The position numbers and the translations under genes are program-made. A DNA stretch of 64,000 nt, taken from Ignisphaera sp. GTDB lineage: Archaea; Thermoproteota; Thermoprotei_A; Sulfolobales; Ignisphaeraceae. The stretch is from contig JAWBDT010000007.1 of assembly GCA_038821645.1 (NCBI GenBank), forward strand, positions 1 through 64,000, given 5' to 3'. How positions within the stretch are numbered: the first letter of the stretch is position 1; the number at the start of each line of letters is the position of its first letter. The notes beneath the pieces are model-generated. The model had not been told where the DNA came from, made no database searches, and saw only the letters and a program-made list of their open reading frames with translations. Below, one piece after another: positions 19,938 through 28,523 of the stretch.

Positions 19938-20918
19938 ATGTCTAGATTTAGATTATCTATATCTCGAACAAAAACAGGTAAAGAGATATATGATTGTGTT
20001 GTAGTTGGTGCTGGTCCAGCTGGACTTACATCAGCAATATATCTCGCTAGATTCGGCTTAAAGATTATTGTAGTGACTAGAGATGTTGGAGGTAAGATGG
20101 CTATAGCTCCTCTAGTAGATGATTATCCCGGTATTCCCGAGATACCTGGGATAAAGCTTGCTAATCTTTTTGAACAACATGTTAAAAAATTTGGTGTAGA
20201 GATTGTTGTAGGAGAGCCTATGGTGAACCTCAAGAGAGAGGGTGATATATGGTGTGTAGAGACAGTTAGTGGATCAACATTTTATGGGTATACTGTTATA
20301 GTAGCTATTGGATGTGAGAAAAAGAAGCTTGGAGTACCTGGAGAAGATAGATTTCTTGGTAGAGGGGTATCGTATTGTGCAGTCTGTGATGCACCTTTCT
20401 TTAAAGATAAGGTTGTGGCTGTTGTTGGTGGAGGTGATTCAGCACTTTCAAGCGCTCTTCATCTAGCGTCATATGCTAGAACCGTCTATATAATCCATAG
20501 AAGGAACATGTTTAGAGCTTTTCAAGCATATGTTGATAAAGTATTGAAAGAACCTAAGATAGAGGTGATAATGAACTCAAGGATTGTAGAAATACTTGGA
20601 AAAGATAAAGTTGAAGCCATAAGAATTAGAACAGATTCAGATGAAGAAAAGGTGCTGAAGGTTGATGGAGTCTTTATAGAGATAGGTTCTGAACCACCTA
20701 AACAACTTTTGGAAAAAATAGGTCTAGAACTCGATGATAAAGGATACATAGTGGTTAAACCAGATATGAGCACAAATCTTCCAGGTGTATTTGCAGCAGG
20801 AGATGTTACTGGAGGATCCCATAAGGTACGATTCGAGCAGATAATCGTGGCTGCAGCCGAAGGAGCTATAGCTGCAAACTCTGTTTACCACTATCTATTG
20901 TCGGTTAAGAAAGATTAA
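19938..20918 (+). CDS. trxB: Thioredoxin-disulfide reductase
   Basis: GAGPAG FAD motif, GVSYCAVCD redox CxxC, GGGDSA, GVFAAGD; start placed at ATG 19938 after an RBS-like site. Confidence 0.93.
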   Translation: MSRFRLSISRTKTGKEIYDCVVVGAGPAGLTSAIYLARFGLKIIVVTRDVGGKMAIAPLVDDYPGIPEIPGIKLANLFEQHVKKFGVEIVVGEPMVNLKREGDIWCVETVSGSTFYGYTVIVAIGCEKKKLGVPGEDRFLGRGVSYCAVCDAPFFKDKVVAVVGGGDSALSSALHLASYARTVYIIHRRNMFRAFQAYVDKVLKEPKIEVIMNSRIVEILGKDKVEAIRIRTDSDEEKVLKVDGVFIEIGSEPPKQLLEKIGLELDDKGYIVVKPDMSTNLPGVFAAGDVTGGSHKVRFEQIIVAAAEGAIAANSVYHYLLSVKKD

Positions 20919-20994
20919 AATCAAGTGTGATTTAAATCTTTAAAGTATATAGGTTTACCTTTCGCAGCATTTAAGTCGATAGAGAAGGTATGTA

Positions 20995-21771
20995 TTGATG
21001 TATCTTGATTCAGTATCTGAACCAATACTATTGGTTTTAATCAATGGATCCATAGTTATGGGGGCAACATCTCTAGGATCGTTAACAGCTTTCTTTGGAT
21101 ATAAACTTTCTGACAGATATCTCGATCTAAGTCTAGGATTTGCTGCAGGAATCATGATTGTTGCCAGCTTCAGTAGCCTGATAATGCCTGCAATAGATGA
21201 GGGCTTATATATTGATGTAGGTCTCGGCATAGCTCTAGGAATACTATTGATATTATTGCTAGATAAAGTTCTACCTCATGAGCATGAAAGTGTGGGATAT
21301 GAAGGTCTAGAACGTTTCAGGGAAAAAATACGCAAAGCATGGTTAGTAGCTCTAGCCATGATTATCCACAACATACCTGAAGGACTTGCAGTAGGTGTAG
21401 CAACAATCTATAGCCCTTACTTAGGATTGGCAACAGCTATAGCTATAGGGCTTCAAGATGTAGTTGAGGGTATGGCTACATCACTACCTTTAGCCTCTGC
21501 TGAAGGAAAACGTCTTAAAGCTGTAGCCATAGGCATTATGAGTGGTGTGATTGAGTTACTAGCCACATTTGGTGGAGCAGCTCTAGCTACATTGAGTAGA
21601 ATATTCCTGGGTATAGGTATGGGGCTAGCTGCAGGAGCTATGATATATGTTGTAGTAGAAGAGATACTTCCAGAGATATTCCATAGACAAGCAAGAAATA
21701 GAAGAATAGCCACACTAGGGTTCATCATAGGGTTCTATGCAATGCTATACCTAGATATACTAATACATTAG
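20995..21771 (+). CDS. ZIP family (GufA/ZupT) metal transporter
   Basis: GFAAGIM, PHEH, IHNIPEGLAVG, AAGAMIYVVVEEILPE. Confidence 0.92.
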   Translation: MMYLDSVSEPILLVLINGSIVMGATSLGSLTAFFGYKLSDRYLDLSLGFAAGIMIVASFSSLIMPAIDEGLYIDVGLGIALGILLILLLDKVLPHEHESVGYEGLERFREKIRKAWLVALAMIIHNIPEGLAVGVATIYSPYLGLATAIAIGLQDVVEGMATSLPLASAEGKRLKAVAIGIMSGVIELLATFGGAALATLSRIFLGIGMGLAAGAMIYVVVEEILPEIFHRQARNRRIATLGFIIGFYAMLYLDILIH

Positions 21772-22056
21772 CCAAATCACTAAATAAAGATAGCAATTTA
21801 GAACACCTGGGGAGAAGCTGGAGCTAATTCTCCACAGATCTTGAGAATAATGTTCAAAAATCTATAGAATACGATATACAGAACACGTAGCTACATATAT
21901 ACTCGGGTAAACGTTGGCTGTATACATACCCTAGGCTATTACATTAAGATTCCATACATATAGACATCCTAGATAGTTACTCAGTATCATCACAAGACAT
22001 TATATAGCAATCAAATCAGATATAGAGCATGCTATATGTAGAGTATTGCTCTACAT

Positions 22057-22380
22057 CTACCTATTACCTATGACAAATTTCGGAGGCTCTATCCATTCTG
22101 ATCTACATCTAGGACATCTCGATGGCTTTCTAGGTCTATCAAGTTCAGAAAACACATAGCCACATTTTCTACATCTTGCAGGTAGCATGAGCAATAGCTT
22201 TTTATTTCCACTTTGTCGTCTAACGGTTTTCGCTATATGCACCAAATGTTCATAAACATCGTAAACATCTATCCCCATAATCTGTGCAATCTCTTCTGCA
22301 GATAATGGGGCTTCTGTTGCTTCTAAAAGCTTCATTATCCTCTGTCTAATACTCCCCAAATATTCGTCTCCAAAATACAC
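22057..22380 (-). CDS. HTH plus Zn-ribbon transcriptional regulator (COG3357-like)
   Basis: VYEHLVHIAKT, PARCRKCGYVF, PSRCPRCRSEWIEPP. Confidence 0.85.
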   Translation of the reverse strand: MYFGDEYLGSIRQRIMKLLEATEAPLSAEEIAQIMGIDVYDVYEHLVHIAKTVRRQSGNKKLLLMLPARCRKCGYVFSELDRPRKPSRCPRCRSEWIEPPKFVIGNR

Positions 22381-22432
22381 CTCATAACCACCCTAAAGAG
22401 ATGAAAGGGAGATAGGATTTGATCTAGTGGAT

Positions 22433-22765
22433 TCAACACTCTGTGAAACCAAGCACTCTACACCATTCACGAATTATTTCTTCTTCTGCCCTCTCTTGCT
22501 CAATGAGTTGATGTTCAGCATAATTAGGTTTCCTGGATCCTTTATCGAGGCTCATTTGAATATATTCAACAGCCTTTCTAGTTGGATGAGAAACTATATT
22601 GATGTAAGCTCTAGCAATAGCTGCTACAGTTGCCTCATGTAGAACAATGACCTGGTCCTTCAAAACAAGAATCAACCTCATATGTCTATGGTTCGGCGGA
22701 ATAAAACCTACAACCTTAACAACATCACTATTCCTATACACCTTCACATCAGTAGATACAGACAT
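22433..22765 (-). CDS. Conserved hypothetical protein
   Basis: Clean ORF with GAGTGAG RBS-like site, host codon usage, likely co-transcribed with the regulator. Confidence 0.6.
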   Translation of the reverse strand: MSVSTDVKVYRNSDVVKVVGFIPPNHRHMRLILVLKDQVIVLHEATVAAIARAYINIVSHPTRKAVEYIQMSLDKGSRKPNYAEHQLIEQERAEEEIIREWCRVLGFTEC

Positions 22766-23622
22766 AACAACTCACTACTCAGTCCTTTCTTAAACAAGTT
22801 TATAGCTGATTAATATCTGATAGCTCTAGATCAAATATGGTGTTAATACCTTATGAAGATTTATTAATTATACCAGAATTATGTATAGAGTTGTTTGTAG
22901 GTGGTATAGAAAGAAATAACCACATCTCTATTCATTGTAACTATATTGATTCGGTATATGGATAAGAGGCATGGTTTCCTAATATATATTATATTCTCTG
23001 TAAGACAAGGAAATAAAGACTAAATCAATTAAAGAACATTGGTTTAAATAATGTTGATGTAGAGAATTTGATTAATTGTTAGTGGGTGTTATCCATATAC
23101 TTCCTAATGTTGTTAGAGTATGTAGTATGTTTAGAGAAATCAAGGAATTAGATTAAAACATTTGATATATTAAGAGATTTCGGAAATTTTTAATAAGTTC
23201 TTTTATATTGATCAACAGATTATGTTCTTTAGATTTTCGAGGGTAGAGATTTAGTTAAAATCAGTATTCGAGAGCATTGGATATACATTAAATCATATTC
23301 TAGAGTTATTCGATGTTTGTTATCTGAGTGATTGAAGGTTTTGTTGATGTAGATGGGTTTTGAAGTATGGTTATGTTTTGTAGAGGTCTTTGATCGATTT
23401 TCATGATGATGGGTATTTGTGTTTGATTTCTCTAGTTTAATGATCTTTATTAGAAGTAGTGATTGTGGTTAAGTGTGTTTGTTCTGATTTTCTCGAGATA
23501 AGTAGCATTACCAAACTCTTGATTAATCATATATACTCTATGGGTGTGTATAGATAGATTAAGGTCTAGTTCGCTATTATTGGTTTGCTAGATCAGTTAA
23601 TGTATATGTGTGGGTGGTTTAA

Positions 23623-24654
23623 ATGGATAGATATAGATCTAGGGTAGTGATTACAGCTCCTATACACAATATATGTATTGATATACTTAAGCAGAGAGCT
23701 GATGTATATGTTTATGAAAAGCCATTGTTGAATGAGGAAGAGATTATTGAAGTAGTTAAAGAAATTAATCCGGATGCCATTGTAGCTGTTCGCGGTATTG
23801 AGAAGATAACTAGAAGGGTTTTTGAAGCATGTAGTAATCTGAAAATTGTTGCTAGAAATGGTGTAGGTTATGACAGTATAGATGTTGCAGCAGCTACTGA
23901 GTATGGTGTGTGGGTAACAATAACTCCTGTTAAAGAGCTTTTTCAAGCTGTAGCTGAACATGCTGTTGCATTGATCCTGTGTTTAGCTAGAAAGATATGT
24001 TTAGCGGATAGACGTGTTAGAGAAGGTGGGTGGATAGATGAGGATCTTTTGGGTATAGGTTTAGAGAAGAAGGTTGTAGGGATTGTTGGTTTAGGTAGGA
24101 TAGGTGTTGAAATAGCTAGAAAGGTTAAAGGGCTTGGTATAAATGTGATATATTTCGATATAGCTAGAAAAGAGGATCTTGAGTCAAGTCTAGGTATTGT
24201 TTATTCAGATCTACATACATTATTAAGAGAATCAGATTTCGTCGTTCTATCAGTTCCATTAACAGAAAAAACAAGAGGAATAATAGGCGAATATGAGCTC
24301 AGATTGATGAAACCTACAGCTTATGTAATCAATATAGCTAGAGGTGCTGTAATCGATTATCCAGCTTTACTGAAAGCGCTAAAAGAGAGATGGATAGCAG
24401 GTGCAGCTCTAGATGTATTTCCTATAGAACCTGTACCTAGAGATGACGAAATCCTGAAGCTAGATAACGTTATACTAACACCACACATAGCTTGGTTTAC
24501 AGAAGAAGCCAGAATAGCTATGGCTAAAACAGTTGCAGAAGAAGTTGTAAGAGTGCTTAGTTGTGGTGAACCGCTCTATCCTGTAAATCCTGAGGTAAAG
24601 GACAAGGCTAAGACTAAATGCCGCTCTCTACGTAATCTAGATGCCTCTTCTTGA
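23623..24654 (+). CDS. D-2-hydroxyacid dehydrogenase (glyoxylate reductase-like)
   Basis: GVGYDSIDV, GLGRIG, INIARG, AALDVFPIEP, LTPHIA. Confidence 0.9.
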   Translation: MDRYRSRVVITAPIHNICIDILKQRADVYVYEKPLLNEEEIIEVVKEINPDAIVAVRGIEKITRRVFEACSNLKIVARNGVGYDSIDVAAATEYGVWVTITPVKELFQAVAEHAVALILCLARKICLADRRVREGGWIDEDLLGIGLEKKVVGIVGLGRIGVEIARKVKGLGINVIYFDIARKEDLESSLGIVYSDLHTLLRESDFVVLSVPLTEKTRGIIGEYELRLMKPTAYVINIARGAVIDYPALLKALKERWIAGAALDVFPIEPVPRDDEILKLDNVILTPHIAWFTEEARIAMAKTVAEEVVRVLSCGEPLYPVNPEVKDKAKTKCRSLRNLDASS

Positions 24655-25285
24655 TGTAGTCTAGAAGCGTTTTAGTATCTCTTTTGTTACTCTCTTTACC
24701 GATGGATCCATACATTAAGTCTCTTATATACTTCAAATCACTTGTCAGTATCTCTCGTAGAGAAGGGTTATAGAGCGCTGCTGCAGGATGTATTGTAGGT
24801 ATTACTGAGACATCTAAACCCAACAGATTTACTGAATAGACTCTGCCCCTCATTCTCATAATACCTTCCCACTCAATACTACACATCGAGAACACCTTCT
24901 TACCAGCGATATTCCCCAATGTTACTACAATCTTAGGCTTGAGCATAACTATCTGAGACTCTAGATATATACTGCAATTCTCTATCTCATCATCTCTCGG
25001 CTCTCTATTCTGTGGAGGTCTACACTTAACAACATTAGTTATATAGGTTTGTTCACGTCTAATACCCAAGCTCTCTAAAACCATAGTGAGTAAACGACCT
25101 GCTGCACCAACAAAAGGTCTTCCAAGTTCATCTTCTGTAGCTCCTGGAGCTTCTCCTATAAGCATTACTGAAGCATTTCTAGAACCTTCGCCAGGTACAG
25201 CGTTTTTCCTGTATCTATGTAGAATACATCTACTACAGCTCCTTATACTAGATTCAAGTTCTTCCCAAGACTTAAACCGATTCGT
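24614..25285 (-). CDS. udg: Family 4 uracil-DNA glycosylase (extended to include the Fe-S CxxC; proposed ACG start)
   Basis: GEAPG, PFVGAAG, NVVKCRPP, HPAA; in-frame upstream WEELESSIRSCSRCILHRYRKNAVPGEG supplies the conserved N-terminal Cys pair. Confidence 0.88.
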   Translation of the reverse strand, partial: TNRFKSWEELESSIRSCSRCILHRYRKNAVPGEGSRNASVMLIGEAPGATEDELGRPFVGAAGRLLTMVLESLGIRREQTYITNVVKCRPPQNREPRDDEIENCSIYLESQIVMLKPKIVVTLGNIAGKKVFSMCSIEWEGIMRMRGRVYSVNLLGLDVSVIPTIHPAAALYNPSLREILTSDLKYIRDLMYGSIGKESNKRDTKTLLDYIKKRHLDYVESGI

Positions 25286-25416
25286 GGAGACTCACCACAT
25301 CTGTCTAGTATATCAATATTCTATGGCGCACTACTAGATGTGTAATAAACACAATAACATTTATATTTTATAGCTATATGTACAAGATCTGAAAGTGTAT
25401 AGTCTGGTGGAACTCT

Positions 25417-25620
25417 ATGGGTCTCAAGCATAAAAAGTATATCTATGTAGCTAGAGCAGATGGATATTATGTAAAGATTAGAGTACTGAAGAGTAGAACT
25501 GACGAAGAATCTAGATACATAGTGGTGGGTCCAAAAGTTAGAGAACCTCCATTAAATGCTCAAGTTATTAGGGAAGACCAGCTACCAGATAAAGTAAAAA
25601 TGGAACTTTATACAGTATAG
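25417..25620 (+). CDS. Small crenarchaeal protein (DUF5622-like)
   Basis: MGLKHKKYIYV...YYVKIRVLK...YIVVGPK...PP pattern; GGTGG RBS. Confidence 0.65.
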   Translation: MGLKHKKYIYVARADGYYVKIRVLKSRTDEESRYIVVGPKVREPPLNAQVIREDQLPDKVKMELYTV

Positions 25621-25642
25621 GGTAATAGAGTAGTAGAGCTAG

Positions 25643-25691
25643 ATGATGATGTCGACGTAAACGGATTGATGACGAAGGGTCGATACTCTGA
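25643..25691 (+). ncRNA. Box C/D guide sRNA
   Basis: C ATGATGA (25643-49), 12-nt guide, D' CGGA, C' TGATGA, 15-nt guide, D CTGA (25688-91). Confidence 0.7.
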
Positions 25692-25773
25692 CAAAAATAG
25701 TAGTGATCATTAGTATGAGAATCAGAGTTAGGTAGCCTTAGATGCTCTATAGACTTTAAGAGATGCTGAAGGT

Positions 25774-26316
25774 ATGTCGGGACTCAAGATACAGTACCTT
25801 TCTAAAAAAACTGTAAAGAGTATTCTGACGTTTCTTGAAAATAGAAAAGACATAGATCCGATTTTCTTGGAAATAATTAGGGAGCATGAAGAAGTTAAGA
25901 TAGTTATAAGCAGTAGGTTTGAAATAATAGTATTTGATTCAATACCAGCGTTATTTAGGAAGCTAGATAGAGGCATCTATATACCAACACTATATGTACT
26001 GAATATGCTATACAGTAGCAAAAAGATTGTTATTGTACCAAGTGTAACAACAGATGAAGGTGCTATAGCTCCTTTGAAAAGAGGAGCAGACTTAATGATA
26101 CCTGGTATAAAGAAGATAAACAAGAGCTTTAGCAAAGGAGATATAGTGGCTATAATGGAGCCTGGAGAAAGATATATCGTAGCAGTAGGTATAGCTCTAG
26201 TTAATTCCATAGATGTAGCTCCTAATACAAAGGGTAGAGGTATAGAAAATCTATCACATATAGATGACGAGATATGGTCAACATCTCTACATATAGTTAA
26301 GGCGCTTTCTAGATAA
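25774..26316 (+). CDS. PUA domain RNA-binding protein (DUF1947/Tma20-like)
   Basis: IPTL, DEGAI..LKRGADLMIPGI, KGRGIENLSHIDDEIW. Confidence 0.85.
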   Translation: MSGLKIQYLSKKTVKSILTFLENRKDIDPIFLEIIREHEEVKIVISSRFEIIVFDSIPALFRKLDRGIYIPTLYVLNMLYSSKKIVIVPSVTTDEGAIAPLKRGADLMIPGIKKINKSFSKGDIVAIMEPGERYIVAVGIALVNSIDVAPNTKGRGIENLSHIDDEIWSTSLHIVKALSR

Positions 26317-26854
26317 CATTAGGTCTCTTAACTCTAAACAAATTCTCATCGCTTCTACTGTATATAGATATAAAGGTGTTCTCATAAACTACCTCAATCC
26401 TAATGATATACTCATAGTTCCTAAAGTCGATCACAGCTATACCGAGATTCTCGATAATGTTGCCAATATATCTTAGTAAGGAAGAACAGGAGTCAATAAT
26501 GTTGCCACGCTTTCTACATCTTCCTATAGCTTTTATTGGGAGTCTATATCCCTTCAATAGAATAGCATCTACAACACTTCTCGCTATATATTCATAACCT
26601 GTAGAACATGTAAAATCAATAGGTATTATCCAATAGCCTCTAATATTTCTAGAGACTATATACCTAACAACAGTATATACATTGAGCTGCTTCTCCATAT
26701 ATACTATGACAAAACCTTTATCAGAGAACCATAAACATCTAGCCTCAATACCATAACTAAATAGTATGTCTAATACATCATTACATACACCTTCCTCATT
26801 ACCGATATCACATGTAATCATTATTCTGGGTTCAGCAACCTTGACATCTATCAC
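26309..26854 (-). CDS. THUMP domain protein
   Basis: ITCDIGNE, IPID, CRKRG, VIDFRNYEYIIRIEV THUMP-like pattern. Confidence 0.65.
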   Translation of the reverse strand: MIDVKVAEPRIMITCDIGNEEGVCNDVLDILFSYGIEARCLWFSDKGFVIVYMEKQLNVYTVVRYIVSRNIRGYWIIPIDFTCSTGYEYIARSVVDAILLKGYRLPIKAIGRCRKRGNIIDSCSSLLRYIGNIIENLGIAVIDFRNYEYIIRIEVVYENTFISIYSRSDENLFRVKRPNVI

Positions 26855-26880
26855 AATTCAACACGCTCGTACCTCATCAT
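26832..26880 (-). ncRNA. Probable box C/D guide sRNA overlapping the start of the THUMP gene
   Basis: Minus strand: ATGATGA ggtacgagcgtg TTGA a TTGTGAT agatgtcaaggttg CTGA. Confidence 0.55.
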
Positions 26881-26947
26881 CACCCAATAGGTAAATAAAC
26901 ATTTAACCCCTAAAAACTGGTTAATATAATTTCGGGAAACAAGTAGT

Positions 26948-27032
26948 GCGGGGGTGCCCGAGCTAGGTCAAAGGGGGCGGGCTTAAGACCCGCTGGCGTA
27001 GGCCTGCGTGGGTTCAAATCCCACCCCCCGCA
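26948..27032 (+). tRNA. tRNA-Leu(TAA)
   Basis: GCGGGGG/CCCCCGC acceptor stem, anticodon arm GCGGG-CTTAAGA-CCCGC, long variable arm, GGTTCAAATCC T loop; TATA-like TTAATATAA at about 26921. Confidence 0.97.
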
Positions 27033-27230
27033 TTATCAACTTGATGTCTAATAATTATTACTATACATGGTTGTGAAGATTTAACAAGATGTATATCGTA
27101 TGGATTATGTAGATTTATGATCAAGATTCTCATGAACATTCTGATGACCTGTTCTAATAATATTTTTCATATACATTTATATTGGTTCCTAAAGCAAGGG
27201 CTCTAGTATACATGTTATTGGGAGAACTGT

Positions 27231-28166
27231 ATGGGAAAAAGTGTTGTACTTTTTGCTCCAGCTCAACTTGAGCAACTAGATGAAAAGTATAGTTTGCCTT
27301 TCAAATTCAGAAATCTGTTGAAGAATTCATCGTTAAGTAGCATTATAGAGCCAGGCAACATTGTCGCAATAAAGTTGCATGTAGGTGATATGTCTCATGG
27401 AGGTTTTAGAACCATTAGGACAATATTCATTAAAATACTTGTTGATTATGTTAAAAGTGTCGGTGGAGTACCATTTCTAACAGATACATGGGGTCTTAAT
27501 CACGTTATAGTTGGTATAGAGAATGGATATGGCTATGAAGCTGTTGGAGCACCATTAATACCTGTCTCGGGTATAAAGGAACATGATGTTGTAAAGGTTT
27601 ACGTACCTAACCCATTAAGATTGAACGAGGTAGAAGTTGGTGGAAGTGCATACTATGCAGATGTCATTATAAACTTTGCTCATAGCAAAGGTCATCCAGC
27701 CTCGGGCTATGGTGGAGCCATAAAGAACATAGCTATGGGTTGCACAGGACCTAATACGCGAAGAGAAATACATAATCTCGAGCAACTCGATAACGATGGT
27801 AGAGCATTTCAAGAGGCATTAGTTGATGCATTCCATGGTGTTATCCTTAACAAGCCTAAGAAAGTGTTCCACATAAATTACGTACTCGATGTAACACCTA
27901 CATGTGATTGTGCCCCATGGTCAGATATACCTATAGTTCCTGATATAGGGATACTTGCCTCAGAGGATGTTGTAGCTCTAGAGAAAGCAACACTAGATAT
28001 GATTAATGAAGCACCTATTGTTCCTAGATCTATAGCTGAGAAAGCAGATATAAAACCAAGAGAAAATAAGTTCTTTAAACTGCATGCCAAAGATCCATAT
28101 ATTCAGGTGGAGGCTGGTTATAGAAAGGGTTTAGGACGTCTTGATTATGAGATAGTTATGGTGTAG
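27231..28166 (+). CDS. DUF362 family Fe-S protein
   Basis: VAIKLHVG, HSKGH...GGAIKNIAMGC, PTCDCAPWSD.PIVPDIGILAS.D.VA. Confidence 0.85.
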   Translation: MGKSVVLFAPAQLEQLDEKYSLPFKFRNLLKNSSLSSIIEPGNIVAIKLHVGDMSHGGFRTIRTIFIKILVDYVKSVGGVPFLTDTWGLNHVIVGIENGYGYEAVGAPLIPVSGIKEHDVVKVYVPNPLRLNEVEVGGSAYYADVIINFAHSKGHPASGYGGAIKNIAMGCTGPNTRREIHNLEQLDNDGRAFQEALVDAFHGVILNKPKKVFHINYVLDVTPTCDCAPWSDIPIVPDIGILASEDVVALEKATLDMINEAPIVPRSIAEKADIKPRENKFFKLHAKDPYIQVEAGYRKGLGRLDYEIVMV

Positions 28167-28171
28167 ATATC

Positions 28172-28399
28172 TTGAGGCAAAAAGTATGGGTAGATCAAAC
28201 AAAATGTATTGGATGTGGCAAATGTGTTGCTGTATGTACAAATAATGTATTCAAAATTGTTAACAAAAAATCTATTGCTATAAATCCTGAAAACTGTGTT
28301 ACATGTAGAGCCTGTACAACTAATTGCCCTACGGGGGCAGTATCTTTAGCACCACGTGATGTATATGCTGCATACGCTAGATTCTATAAGAAGAATTAG
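28172..28399 (+). CDS. 2x[4Fe-4S] ferredoxin
   Basis: CIGCGKCVAVC and CVTCRACTTNCP. Confidence 0.9.
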   Translation: MRQKVWVDQTKCIGCGKCVAVCTNNVFKIVNKKSIAINPENCVTCRACTTNCPTGAVSLAPRDVYAAYARFYKKN

Positions 28400-28426
28400 A
28401 CATCTGAATATTGGATCAATTATTTA

Positions 28427-28502
28427 TATCGTTATCGAAAAACAGTAAATATATGATCGATACAGAGAGTTGCTATGTAATGTAGTGTCTTCGATAACGA
28501 TA
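28427..28502. repeat. 13-bp perfect inverted repeat with 50-nt spacer between convergent genes
   Basis: TATCGTTATCGAA (28427-39) and TTCGATAACGATA (28490-502). Confidence 0.55.
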
Positions 28503-28523
28503 ACCGAGAATAATTCTATGTAC

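Noticed and set aside
27033-27230. Integration at tRNA-Leu(TAA)
   Set aside because: No downstream att repeat or integrase fragment seen; the 53521 repeat is adjacent to and better matches the CAG tRNA
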